From Eledone cirrhosa (lineage: Eukaryota), in NCBI GenBank assembly GCA_964016885.1, contig OZ024744.1:40610001-40674000 (forward strand): a stretch of 64,000 nt of DNA, given 5' to 3'. The position numbers and the translations under genes are program-made. Each line of letters starts with the position of its first letter. The stretch's first letter is position 1. Positions 51,201-63,228 of this stretch are shown piece by piece. The notes beneath the pieces were generated by a model. That model was given only the letters and a program-made list of their open reading frames with translations, was not told where the DNA came from and searched no databases.

Positions 51201-52820
51201 AACATATAAACGAACGTATTACAGTAATCAGTGTTTAAATACGAGAAGGTTATTAAACGAACGTATAACAATAATTAGATTTTAAATACAAGAAGATTGT
51301 TTTTGAGGGTCTGGCAGAATTATTGAATAAAATAGAAAGCTTGGATTCTAAGTAAATGGACGGTGAAGGTTATGTTTTTTTTAATATAATCTAAACCTAC
51401 GAATTCGACCATAATTTAAACGAATGTATAACAGTAATCAAATTGTAAATACGAGATGATTGTTTTTGAGGGTCTGACAGAATTATTGAATAAAATCGAA
51501 CGCTTGGATTCTAAGTAAATGGACCGTGTAAAACAGAGAGAGTCAAGAAAATGGCGTAAATACAAGATAGAAGGTTATTTTTATTAATCTAAACCTATAA
51601 ACGAACGTATAACAGTAATCAGTGTTTAAATACGAGGAGGTTATTAAACGAACGTATAACAGTAATCAGATTTTAAATACAAGAAAATTATTTTTTAGGG
51701 TCTGGCAGAATTATCAGATAAAATTGAAAGCTTGGATTCTAAGTAAATGGATGGACCGTGAAGGTTATTTTTTTTTTTTTATAATCTAAACCTTCAAATT
51801 CGACCATAATTTAAACGTAGTATAACAGTAATCAGTACTTAAATACAAGAAGGTTATTAAACAAACGTATAACAGTAATCGGATTTTAAATACAAGAAGA
51901 TTGTTTTTGAGGGTCTGACAAAATTATTGATTAAAATTGAAAGCTTGGATTCTAAGTAAATGGACTGTGTAAAAACAGACAGAGAGACCACAAGAAAATG
52001 ACGTAAATACAAGATATAAGATTATTATTTTTAATCTAAACATATAAACGAACGTATAACAGTAATTAGTGTTTAAATACGAGAAGGTTATTAAACGAAC
52101 GTATAACTGTAATCAGATTTTAAATACAAGAAGATTGTTTTTGAGGGTCTGACAGAATTATTGAATAGAATTGAAAGCTTGGATTCTAAGCAAATGGACC
52201 GTGTAAAAACATAGAGAGAGACAAGGAAATGGCGTAAGGTTATTATTTTTAATCTAAACCTATAAACGAACATATAACAGCAATCAGTGTTTAAATACGA
52301 GAAGGTTATTAAACGAACGTATAACAGTAATCAGATTTGAAATACAAGATTGTTTTTGAGGGTCTGACAGAATTATCAAATAAAATTGAAAGCTTGGATT
52401 CTAAGTATGGACGGTGAAGGTTATGTTTTTTTTTATAATCTAAACCTACAAATTCGACCATGATTTAAACGAACGTATAACAGTAATCAGTGTTTAAATA
52501 CGAGAAGGTTATTAAACGAACGTATAACAGTAATCAGATTTTAAATACAAGAAGATTGTTTTTCAGGATCTGACAGAATTGTTGAATAAAATAGAAAGCT
52601 TGGATTCTAAGTGAATGGAACGTGTAAAGACAGAGAGAGACAAGAATATGGCGTAAATACAAGTTAGAAGGTTATTTTTTAAAATCTAAGCCTATAAACG
52701 AACGTATAACAGTGATCAGTGTTTAAATACGAGAAGTTTATTAAACGAAGGTATAACAGTAATCAGATTTTAAATACAAGGAGATTGTTTTTGGGTGTCT
52801 AACAGAATTATTGAATAAAT
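48205..52820. repeat. Satellite array, ~12 monomers of mostly 205-235 bp with two alternative linkers
   Basis: Core AAACGAACGTATAACAGTAATCAG usually twice per monomer; AAGCTT at 48382, 48567, 50900, 51111, 51337, 51728, 51941, 52175, 52390, 52596. Confidence 0.93.
48661..50759 (+). mobile_element. Non-autonomous LTR element inserted in the satellite (LTRs 48661-49058, 50379-50759)
   Basis: Direct repeats TGTAGCAAGAG...CTGTTATA; PBS-like AGTGGTCACCCC after the 5' LTR; purine tract GGCGAGAGGTAA before the 3' LTR; TSD ATCT/ATGT; no gag/pol motifs in the 1.3-kb interior. Confidence 0.88.
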
Positions 52821-52827
52821 TCATGTA

Positions 52828-52880
52828 TTTTATCTGACGAGGACGTACTGAAAAAAACAGCGAAATTTATATAATAAAAC
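52828..52880 (+). ncRNA. Minimal type I hammerhead-like motif directly 3' of the satellite
   Basis: TTTTAT-CTGACGA-Ggacgta CTG aaaaaaa CAG C-GAA-ATttatAT-A-ATAAAA: 6-bp stem I, intact core, weak stems II and III. Confidence 0.45.
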
Positions 52881-53021
52881 ATATATCTTGATTATGTGAA
52901 TGTCTTCATTTATTAATATTCTGAATAATATTAATAACTCCAGAAAACTTCATTGTAGAGTGCTTTTAATCTATTGTAAAACTATATTCATTGAGTAATC
53001 AATGAACCATATTAATCTTTG

Positions 53022-53025
<4 letters not shown>

Positions 53026-53086
<61 letters not shown>

Positions 53087-53088
53087 TA
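53026..53088. repeat. (TA)n microsatellite; a second (TA)n(CA)n lies at 53606-53671
   Basis: Visible. Confidence 0.95.
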
Positions 53089-53089
53089 G

Positions 53090-53540
53090 AAGTGGTTACA
53101 CAACAGTTAGTTCACCATACCAAGAACAATTGTTTCACTTTAGCGGATCCTCAGCTCGTAATGGACATGGTTATACGGAACAGGAAGGACAACCGTACGA
53201 ACGCGCATGCGCAGAAACGATCACTTCACACAGGCAATACTAAAATGCGTGCGAGAGGTGAAAGGGAGATAACTGCGAAAGTCCGAAAAGTTTCTAGTTG
53301 ATAAGAAAATTAGGATGCTGTTGTAATTCAATCCGGAGCATTGTAGTTATGTAAGAGGTGTTTCCAGATGTGTGGACAACGTGTGAAGAATTCATTTCTC
53401 GGTTACCTAAAGGTCGACTGGTAGTTCAAGAAGCGTTCCTTAAATCGGCCCTCCGCAATACCCACATAGGATTTGACCTCCTGTGGTTGATTTGGTCGGT
53501 TGGAAGTGACCACAGCTTCATAAACTACAGCGGGTGTTAC
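53090..53540 (-). mobile_element. Penelope 3' fragment (GIY-YIG endonuclease + pseudo-LTR), second family
   Basis: VVYEAVVT...SYVGIAEGRFKERFLNYQSTF (VY..YIG..F..R) with a hammerhead motif downstream on the same strand. Confidence 0.75.
53121..53158 (-). ncRNA. Minimal type I hammerhead ribozyme motif with palindromic stem III
   Basis: Minus strand CGAG-CTGAGGA-tccGC taaa GT-GAA-ACAATTGT-T-CTTG. Confidence 0.55.
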
Positions 53541-53602
53541 ATTGCTGTTGAAGGGGACAAGCTTCGGGCTTACGGCAAGAGCACCCTGGTGGGGTTTTCT
53601 AC

Positions 53603-53649
<47 letters not shown>

Positions 53650-53850
53650 CACACACACACACACACACACATGATTTTATATATATAAATATATATATGT
53701 GTGCACGCTTATTTTCTTTGGCGTCCCTCACCTAAAAACAGTTCCGTTGTCATTGAAGATCGCCACTAGAATGTTTTTCATTATAGGTTTGTTATAGGTG
53801 GGGTAGCTGGGTTGCTGACAACGATGTTCTCGTTATTGTTGACCTTACCG

Positions 53851-54428
53851 ATAGAAATTATAGAAATATGAAATCAAAATGAAAGAAAATTATAATTCAG
53901 CACTAAATAATTGTTTCTACTTTAGGCACAAGGCCAGCAATTACCCAGTGTATTACTGGTACTTTATTTTATCGACCCCGTAAGGATGAAAGGCAAAGTC
54001 AACCTCGGCGGGATTTGAACTCAGATCATAAAGGGACGTAACTATGCTGGAAAGCATGGTGTCTGACCCTCTACCGATACTGCCAATTCGTGTGTTAATC
54101 GGTCCGACACCACAAAGGGCGCCGATGCCACCCTCTAGAATTTTTTTTAGGAAAACCAACACATTCACAGCATTGCCTTGAATTATAGCGAGGTTAAGAC
54201 ACTCATTATTTAGTGTCGGACGCCATGCTTTGCAGCACAGTTACGGATTGAGTTCAAATCCCGCCGAGGTTAACTTTGCCTTTCATCCTTACGGGGTCGA
54301 TAAAATATAGTACCAGTAATACACTGGGATAATTGCTGGCCATGTGCCAAAAGTAGAAACAATTATTTAGTGCTAAATTATTATTTTATTTCATTTTGAT
54401 TTCATATTTTTATACGAGATATTTCTGT
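53851..54428. repeat. Inverted pair of family-1 SINEs including shared 3' flank
   Basis: SINE (-) ~53905-54088 and SINE (+) ~54213-54367; the flank TAGAAATATGAAATCAAAATGAAA...AGCACTAAATAATT is mirrored at 54361-54412. Confidence 0.85.
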
Positions 54429-54814
54429 AATTAAATATTGTATATTTTCATTCTCTAAAAATTATAAATAATTGGGAGTTTGGTTCCTACGTGTTCTGAC
54501 CTGGTGTATGTGTTTCACAAACACACACTCACATTGAGGCAGTATTGTTATAAACAGAGTAGAACTATTACAACTAGTTAACAGAGTTACTATTATTAAA
54601 TATATATTAAAAGAAAAAAACTTTTAAAAAAGTTATTTCAAGAAAGAATAATAATGTGTAATGTTATTTATACAATTGTGAGTAAACATTTTTTTAACCA
54701 ACTTGAAGCTAAAGCGTGACATCAGATTGGAAGAAAAGGAAACGTACAAACTTTTGTCGTACTGAAAAATCTGACTAAACATATAATTTAAGACGCGGTA
54801 CATATGGTAGTATG

Positions 54815-55534
54815 CAAGGGCCTTGTTTCAGTGGGGTACCAGGGAACAAGCCCCCCCCCCATACACACACATTTTCAGGAACGGGGGACAAACCATCTTT
54901 TGTCCTCCCCTACTTTTTCCCAATTAAAAAAAACAAAGAAAATCCCACTAACAAGTCATACATATATACAATACATATTTTTACATGTTTATTTATGTGC
55001 ATATATTTATATGAATATATATACCCCTAAGTTGCAATAGGTATTGAATTTTGTTCGATATTTACATCCATTTGCTAAAAATTAAAAAAGATCAACTCAG
55101 CTGAAAGATCTTTTAGCGTTCTACGGAGACTCAATATTGGCTGTGATCAACCATGACTCAGCAAAGGTTGAACCATATTCTAATATGCCACATTTTGAAA
55201 AAGATTAGTTGTGAAGAAGTTGCTAAATTATTTATTGACAGCCATGAGGTAAGATATAATACATTTGGAAAGTTCTAAAAGATAATATATTTACTTTATA
55301 ATATTTTTAATTCAAAGTCTGTTTTATTTTTTGTTTATTTAATATAATATATTCTTTTTAAACTTATTTTTTAATATCTGAACTTCATTTGAATATATAA
55401 AATTTAATTAGCGTAAAATTTTACTTATGTGATAGGGTCCGGGAAAGGCACGATAAGCAATACTAACATGCTCCTTTAAGAATCAACAAATGTTGGTTTG
55501 TCCCCTCACATGTTTAAGGCAAACGAGACCCCTG
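54815..55534 (+). mobile_element. hAT DNA transposon deletion derivative
   Basis: TIRs CAAGGGCCTTGTTT / AAACGAGACCCCTG; 8-bp TSD GTAGTATG / GAAGTATG; dimerisation-domain peptide SAERSFSVLRRL..STMTQQRLNHILICHI...FGKF* at ~55094-55278. Confidence 0.85.
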
Positions 55535-55666
55535 GAAGTATGAATGAGAATTGTACCTCACGTTCTATCTTTCACTTAACATTCTGTGTCTTGACAGATG
55601 AGATCTTGACCTAAACTACAACAATGCTTTTTCAGTTACATAAATGAGGAAATCTCACATGAATTA

Positions 55667-55762
55667 TAATTGTTACTACTTTTTTGCACAAGGCCAGCAA
55701 TTATTTCAGTGCATTACTGGTACTTTATTTTATCAACCCCGTAAGGATGAAAGGCAAAGTTA
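55667..55762 (-). mobile_element. Family-1 SINE 3' half
   Basis: GCACAAGGCCAGCAATT...CCCCGTAAGGATGAAAGGCAAAGTT. Confidence 0.8.
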
Positions 55763-57008
55763 TGTTTAGCCTCTTGTAAGCCAAGACCAGTCAGTGTTGC
55801 ATGTTGTTTGGGATCCCTTGGAACTCTAGAGTCACTCCATAATACCACAAATGACGCCTTAGTCTTATCAGTCTCAATCTGTCTCTCTAACCATTGTTTT
55901 TATTATTTTTTTTTACTATATGCCCTATTTTTTTTGTACGTCATTGTTAATGATTATTATTATTTTTTTGTTTTTTACCATTAAATACGACCCGCAAAAA
56001 CTTTAACAGTATTAAACATGTTTAGCGAATGCAAAAATGAAAACAAGTAAAGAGGCACAACTTCGGGTACGTCTCCCTAAGACGGAAGATCGCCACTACA
56101 TACATTATCAAGTACATTATTCTAAAAAAAAAGAAATTGGTTAATATGTGATTTGAGAGAGAAATTTGGCTGCTATTTCTAACAGGTCGAGCAGACTGTT
56201 GTAGAGAAGCTTCTGTGTTGGCGCTTAACAATAGCGAATTTTTTTTCTTCGTTATATGAAACCTATTCTATTGTTTTAAAATTATATCTTTTCCTCATCT
56301 TCCAATAATTTATTGGCATTTACAGTTATTGGCCACGATAGTAATTGAAAGAACGAGAAAAAAATAAGACTATCGTCATTCCTGTTGTTTTCAGCCAAGA
56401 AACTTTGCGATCTTGTACCAATTTTTTATGTAATTACTTCCTCTCGTCTGTTGCTATCAGAGCGATTTCGTTAATGGTATCACTGCAAACCTTATTTTCC
56501 ATTTTATTTCTGTGATCCTAGGAAGGATACACAAGAGTAGTTTCCTATTGCTGTTGGTGGCGGTTATGGTGTTGTTATTGGCGGGTTATTATTGTTGGCA
56601 GTGGTGTTGTTTAGCTCAGATTAGCTTCGAAAAAGCAGATCTATTTTTTTTATTATCTAAGTACTTTTTTCTTTTAAAAGACAATATATGAGAAAGATTT
56701 GTCTGCTCTTTTTAACAAGCTGATAGACTACTTAGAGGTCTCCACGTTTGCTCTTGTTTTCTCTTAGTTGAAAGGTGACATTGAGCCGACGAAATTATAG
56801 AAATCTAATCCAGCACATGGGAATGTCAATTAACTTGCATAAAAATGCTGAGAAAACTTTGCAGAAATGCTGGAATAAATACCATAAATTACAATAGGTG
56901 TTTTATAGTTTTAGACTAATTTTTTTAGTAAGTTTGTAAATTACCGTATTTATTTGTGTATAATATACATTCTTATTCTATTTTTTTTTACCGATACTTT
57001 TCATTATA

Positions 57009-57510
57009 ATAACTAGCAGAAAAATCACCCTTCGTGTGGTTTTCTGCTAGCATGTGTAGTGTGTATATTGATATTATACGCAAGTATATATACATGTAGA
57101 TATGATACATCAAATAAAATCGTAATTGACAATATACACACAAATTGAACGAAGTCTGTGTTACACTGTCTTATGTAATCAGTAACGTAATCCATGATAT
57201 GTTTTAAAAAGACGATATTATATATAAACCGCATTTGGAGAAAATTAGCGACGGAAATACATGCGATATTTTTCTAAGTGTTATAATATAACGGCTGCTA
57301 ACCGGAAGTGTTGACATTTGAAAATTTTAAAGAAGTCAATCATTAAATAAGCTATAAAATATATTTAATCAACAACCACGAAATTTAGCACATAAATTAT
57401 GTAATATTCATTCATTATTTATTCAAAGTAATCCAACTTATTTTACAAACGGAGTAAAAATATATATTCTGGACGGAGTCCCGCACTTCTCCCTTTATTA
57501 TAGTTAAGAT
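57009..57510. mobile_element. Possible non-autonomous Helentron/DINE-like element
   Basis: Starts ATAACTAGCAG followed by a small imperfect hairpin and ends TTTATTATAGTTAAGAT; pattern recall only. Confidence 0.3.
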
Positions 57511-57889
57511 TCATACTTGATGCTATATTTGCTTCATCTACATATACAGAAACTAATGCTTCACCTCAAATATTGTGGGGAATTTATGTTATATGGCAAT
57601 ATTTGATAGTCTAGAAATTCATTGTGAAGTTTTTCAACTCTACTAGTTAAACTAGAACTAGTATACACGTTTCAACAGAATTTTAATAAATATTGCCTGT
57701 ACAGGTAATCGGTGTATAAACATTTTTGGGGAAACCCTGTTTATGAAAAAAAAAAAGAAGGGGAAAAAAAATCGAACTTTCACTCTGTAAAATTAACAAA
57801 GGAAGCATTCCTTTGGAACTAACTATTGCGGTAGTATTTTAAGAAACTTTGTTTCAGTATTTATGTAAAATCCGTAAATGACATGGATG

Positions 57890-57995
57890 AGCTGAGAGAA
57901 AAAAACTAGGTAAGCGGAATGAAAAGAAGTGTGCAGGAAAGAAGACCATACTGATATGGACATATAATGTTTATGGATGATGATCAATCGGCGAC
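57890..57995 (+). mobile_element. Decayed RTE C-terminal scrap
   Basis: ELREK.LG...VQERRPY*YGHIM, compare ELREKLGIREIRCCLLERRLRWYGHVM in the full RTE. Confidence 0.5.
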
Positions 57996-58914
57996 CATTC
58001 GGCTTAGCTGTCAATGATTTCAATAATTATCACTTGATAGAATCAATGAGACACCTTCTTTGAAATCACTTGACTTGCTTGAAATAACAGCAAAATCTTC
58101 CTCAAATCCTAACCCTAACACCTTACCGTCTAAAAGCAGTCATAGATTATACTGTTTGAAAATAAGACAAAATGGTCTGGCTAGTACACCATTGATAAAT
58201 AGATCTCCAAAATTTAGATCGACATGCGGCTAAATAACAACTGTTACAGCTTCTGCTGTCGCCATCAGCACTATCAACAAACAGCATCATTCCTGATTCC
58301 TAATATATTTCTCTCAATATTCACACTGATAAAGAATTGTTTTCCTGGAAGTATATCATACACATATATCTATGCTGCTAATACATTAACAAGTTTGAAA
58401 TTGTAACTTATATTTTAAAAAATAAGCTACTCTATCTTAACGTAGCTATTATTTCTTGGTCAATATATTCAGCAATAAGGTTTAAGTAATCAAAGCAATA
58501 AAATTTAAAACTTCTATTTGATTTATTGACATCAGATATAGCTATAGCAATAAAACTTTCGTAAGTACTATTCTAAAAGAGTAATCTCATTTTATCAGAA
58601 AAGTAATGTCTGTCAAACATATTTGATTATTTGTCGAGTTACGTAATAAATAGCTACCCAAATCCAATATCTCTTCACTACTTAACAGTATAGAAAATTA
58701 TTTTGCGTATTTCTGTTTGATTTTGTTTTCGGTTATTATGTACACCTGAAATACTGGCAATAGTTTTATTGCAAAATAATGAATTTAGTTGTATTTTGTT
58801 TTGTATTATTTACAAGGCCAGCTTAACAGTATTATTGACCTGTGTGCCAAGCAATACACAGGAGTCCCTACATATACAACCACATCATATATATATTACC
58901 ATTAGACTCTAGAT

Positions 58915-59050
58915 CTGGTGGGTTACCAGGTTTCTGTTAGTGTGCCTTTGTTTTAAGACATTCATTATCTGAGTTCAAATCTCGCCGAGGTTAACTTTGC
59001 CTTTCATCCTTACGGGGTCGATAAAATAAAGTACCAGTACAAACAATTAT
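58915..59050 (+). mobile_element. Family-1 SINE (partial)
   Basis: GAGTTCAAATCTCGCCGAGGTTAACTTTGCCTTTCATCC body. Confidence 0.8.
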
Positions 59051-59062
59051 CTAATATGATAT

Positions 59063-62000
59063 TGTAGCCGGAGGCATTCGGACTTACCTTGCGTCTCTCT
59101 GGTCCACGTGGGGGTACTTTCCTCTTGCGTTTGGCCTCTCACGTCCGTCACCTTCCAGGGCGTATGGCTAAGAGGCCTCTGTTGACCACCTAGTTCCTCG
59201 AGTCGCTTCCGTCCTCCTGCTTCCGGTCAGGCGTGACCAACTTCCGACAAACGCCTTCCCACGGCAGCTCTACACCCCCTCTATCTCGCGGCAGCCCCAC
59301 ACGCCCCCCTGATCTCAAGGATCAATCCCTCCCCTCCATCACACTGCTCCATCTCAAAATCCGCTATCCACCTTGGTTGGCGGCGGCTCCGTTGCGATCT
59401 CCGCTCTCTTGGGGCGGCACTTTCATTTACCTCTTCCTCGGAGTCCGTCACCACAACGACTCTACGGACGTCCAAGACGTGACGTGGCATTCCGTCCACA
59501 GACACGTTGTTTTGGGAATTTATAGCCTTTCCCCATTGAGATGTGCAATGCGCGTTCAAGGGCTTGACCCATACCTCTTCGCCCACTCGTACGAATGCGC
59601 TTTTTCTCTCCACCGGCTGCTGTGGTACCGTGCACAGGTGTTGCTATTCATATCTGTATATTGCCCTGTGCGGCACCGACTCCCCGGCCTGTCCCACCCT
59701 CGGAGACATGTTGTACCAGAACACTGCCTCCGTTTGCGAAATATGCCCCCCTTCCGCCATGGCCTTGATCATGCGATGGTGTCTCCCCACGATCCCATTT
59801 CCGCTCGGCATGTATGCCGCTCTGAAGAAGCGGTTCACCTTACACTTGTCAAGCATTTCCCTCAGCGCCTCCGAGCGAAACAACGTGTTGTTGTCCATCA
59901 GCAGTTCATCCAGAGAGCCCCGCTTCAAGAATATCTCTCTCAGCGTCTGCACGATTTCCTCCGCAGTCCCTGTCTTCATTTCCCTCCATATCGCCATCCG
60001 CCCCGGCCTACAATTGACTATCAAAAGATATGTTCCTTGTCGGTAATGTGTCACATCCACTGCTAATCGCTTCCAGTTGTGCACCACCGGGATGCTTCCT
60101 GTCTCATGCATACTTGAGGCAGGGTCGATAGACTGGCATCAGTCGCAACCTCCGACCACTCTCTGAACACTGCTAACATCAGAGTCGATTCTTCTGGCTA
60201 GGAACAGGGTCCTATCCACCCCCATGCGATGCATGGCATGCAGTCCCCTCAACTCCGAATCACTCAGCCGACACACTGCCGCTATCCCCTTCTCTGCGTC
60301 CCCTGGCATTTCCAGCCAGGTTTTCTTCACCCTGGTTAATACATCTGCCCTGTTTTGCTCTGAGGGCACAAAAACGACACTCAACTCCAGGCCGAACTCA
60401 GTAGACAGCTCTCCCAGAGTTTCCAGGTGGCGCTTTATCAACATTTCTGCTGCCCCTCTCGTTTGCACCCCTCTCTCACTGGTAAGCACTGATCTCACCC
60501 ATCTGAGTACAGTGGCTGAGTCAGTGCAGATTTCTATGGTGCGCAGCCCCCATCTCAAGGCGAGATTCACCCCTCTCAGCACAGCATCCAGTTTGGCCAC
60601 GTTGATGTGGTTGTAGTCCTCCTTCTTCCTGAGCTAGGCTACGTCCTCGACTTCGACGCCCCCTCTCTCCAGAGTGACCCTAGTGCTATGCTGTTGGCAT
60701 CACACCATACGGTCCCGCTCTCCGATTTGGGGACGTACCAGCGTCCTTTCACTGGGTCATCCGCCTTTACCTTCTCCACGATTTCCTGCATCATGGCCAC
60801 AGTCCTCTCTCCAACCCTGTCAGCCCAGCTCACTCCGTCTGCTCGTCTCTTGACATAGCTGCGTGCCGTCCAGTGTCACCCTGCGATTGGATAGTGGCCC
60901 ACGAATTTACCAAACATTGAGAAGAGTTCCTGTCTATTCATATCGGGGCCCACCATCTCGTCCACCAAGATGTCGTCGATGTAGGAGTTGGTGGCCCTCT
61001 TCACCTTGCCCACTTTCCTCAGAATGTCCTTGAGGACCGTCACCATGATTTTTGCTGCAGAGTTCAACCCGAAGCCAAGCCTGGTCAGGAAGTATGTCTG
61101 GCCCTTATACCTGACCAGCTGATATTTCCACAGCTTCTCATCCACGTGTAACTGCAGATATGCCGACTTTAAGTCAACAATCGTGGACGCCCCTGTCATT
61201 CGTCTCTACTCTCGCAAAGTTTCCCCGCAAACATCCGTGAACTCACCGCCTGTGTGGCATGACATGTTCTTTCAGCTCACGAAAGTCCAACACTGGCCTA
61301 ACCTTGTTCTTCAGTGGCAACTTCACCTCCACACTCCACCTCCTCCTCCCAAGGAAGCAGTATACCCTCCTCGATCCATCTCTGTACCTCTGCCCCAAAC
61401 TCGCTTCTGGAATTTTCTTTCAGGCTATGCTGATAGCAGCCCACTCTGTTCTTCAGCGTTGGTGGCTCTCCCTTCCAGTACTACTCAACTACCCACCACT
61501 GCCCATCGAATACCACCCTGAAATCCTTGTCCTGTATGGTATTTTCTTCGTGGATACTCCCAGCATGCTCACAGCATATAATGTCCTCTCGCTACCAAAC
61601 GTCACACCGACTTCAGTCACTGTAAAACCTCCACGGCAGCCAATCGTGTCCATGCTCATTACAACATCGATTCCGTCCACCACCTGGTCAATCATGATCG
61701 CCCGAGGCCTAATTTCTCTTCCCCATACCACCATCGACACCTCGCTGGTACCTCTGCATCTAATCTCCCTGCCGTCGACTACCCTTATACTGCTCATCCC
61801 GCTCCACCTTTTAACCATCTCCCTGGTCACTAGTGTTGTTGTGCAAACCGTGTCCACGAGTGCTCGCGATGGCTTCTCCCCCACTCCCCCGCCACCCCAC
61901 CAGAACTTCCACTACGGGCAGCGACTGCAAAGGTGCCTCTACACGCCTCCTGGGGTGGCTACCGGTGCGCAGTAGCCCCCCTTAGACCATTTCCCTGGTC

Positions 62001-63075
62001 ACAATTATTTGCGATGTAGCCTGGTCACTTGCAGTGATAGCAACTATAGCTGGCTTCGGCTCTCTGCAGTCTCATGCCATGTACGGGCCCTGGGACCTGA
62101 AGCACCGGGCTCCGAACGCAGGCGGACGACTATTCACAGCGGCTGGTTTCATTTCGTCATACGTCGGTCGCTGTCGACTGCCATGGGCTTCCGTTGCTTC
62201 CAGCACTGCAACACTCCACCTTGTGTCCTGTGTTATTACGCGGGCATATACGATGAGCTCGCTCATGTTCATCTCCCTGTTGCCGTGCAGCTGTTGGAGC
62301 TTCACGGAGATTTCGTCGGGGAACCCGTTCATAAAAGCAAACTGCACGACGCATTCGCGTTCTACCGTGAATCCGGCCATCGTAGTGAACCGCCGTAACT
62401 CTGTCGCGAACACGTCCACGTGCTCTCCCCGCCATCTTGCTCTGCCTAGCTTGGCAAAAGCAGCGTACGGCCCCTCGGTGAATGCTTCCTTAAGTCGCTG
62501 TCCTATCCTCGCCGCGTTCAGTTGGTCGATCTCATCCATCTCGAGGTACAGGGCTAGGGCATCTTCATCGAGATATAGAGCGATCAAACCATCAACATTG
62601 TCAATGCCTTGCAGCGAGGCGACCAATGTGACCTTTCTCAACCAGGCCACAACATCTCCTTCGCTGTTAAAAGCCTTGACCGTCGCGCTATTCAATCTCA
62701 GTTTCACTGCCATCTCCCCTGCGAGATCGTGAAAAAAATCAACAACGATACTTTACGAAAGAGAACAAAACAAAAACAAAAAAAGCTAAACTAAAGGGCT
62801 GCCGTGCCGGGAGTAAAAATGCCGAAAGATGAGAAATTTCATTAAACGCCAAAATAGCTTGTAGCCGGAGGCATTCAGACTTACCTTGCGTTTCTCTGGT
62901 TCACGTGGGGGTACTTTCCGCTTGCGTCTGTCCTCGCACGTCCGTCACCTTCCAGGTGTGTGGCTAAGAGGCCCCTGTTGACCGCCTGGTCCCTCGAGTC
63001 GCTTCCGTCCTCCTGCTTCCGGTCAGGCATCCTCCAACTTCCGGCAATCTCCCACTATCTCGCGGCAGCCCCACA
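59063..63075 (-). mobile_element. Ty3/Gypsy LTR retrotransposon, complete structure but disrupted gag-pol
   Basis: LTRs TG..CA at 59063-59301 and 62860-63075; 5-bp TSD GATAT; PPT-like GAGATCAGGGGGGCG; gag 62072-62713 with decayed CCHC knuckles; protease ALVDT; RT DLKSAYLQ, LGFGLNSA, YIDDIL; RNase H; integrase AVDVTH, MDN, GNGIVGR; order PR-RT-RH-IN. Confidence 0.95.
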
Positions 63076-63082
63076 GATATAA

Positions 63083-63228
63083 GGGCAGTGGATTTGCAGA
63101 ATTGCTAAGTACGCGAGACAAAATACTTTGCAGTATTTAGTCCTGGCTCTTTACATTCTGAGTTCAAATCCCACTGAGGTCAACTTTGCCTTACATCCTT
63201 CTGGGGTTGATAAAATAAAGCACCAGTC
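63083..63228 (+). mobile_element. Family-1 SINE (diverged), followed by CAC/CAT/CAA low-complexity tract to ~63505
   Basis: B-box and body motifs; trinucleotide tract visible. Confidence 0.75.

Noticed and set aside
48205-52820. CRISPR-like regular repeats
   Set aside because: The intervening sequences are themselves repeated rather than unique spacers; eukaryotic context and no cas genes
59233-62732. Long + strand ORFs (277, 238, 232 aa)
   Set aside because: Antisense shadows of the GC-rich Gypsy gag-pol
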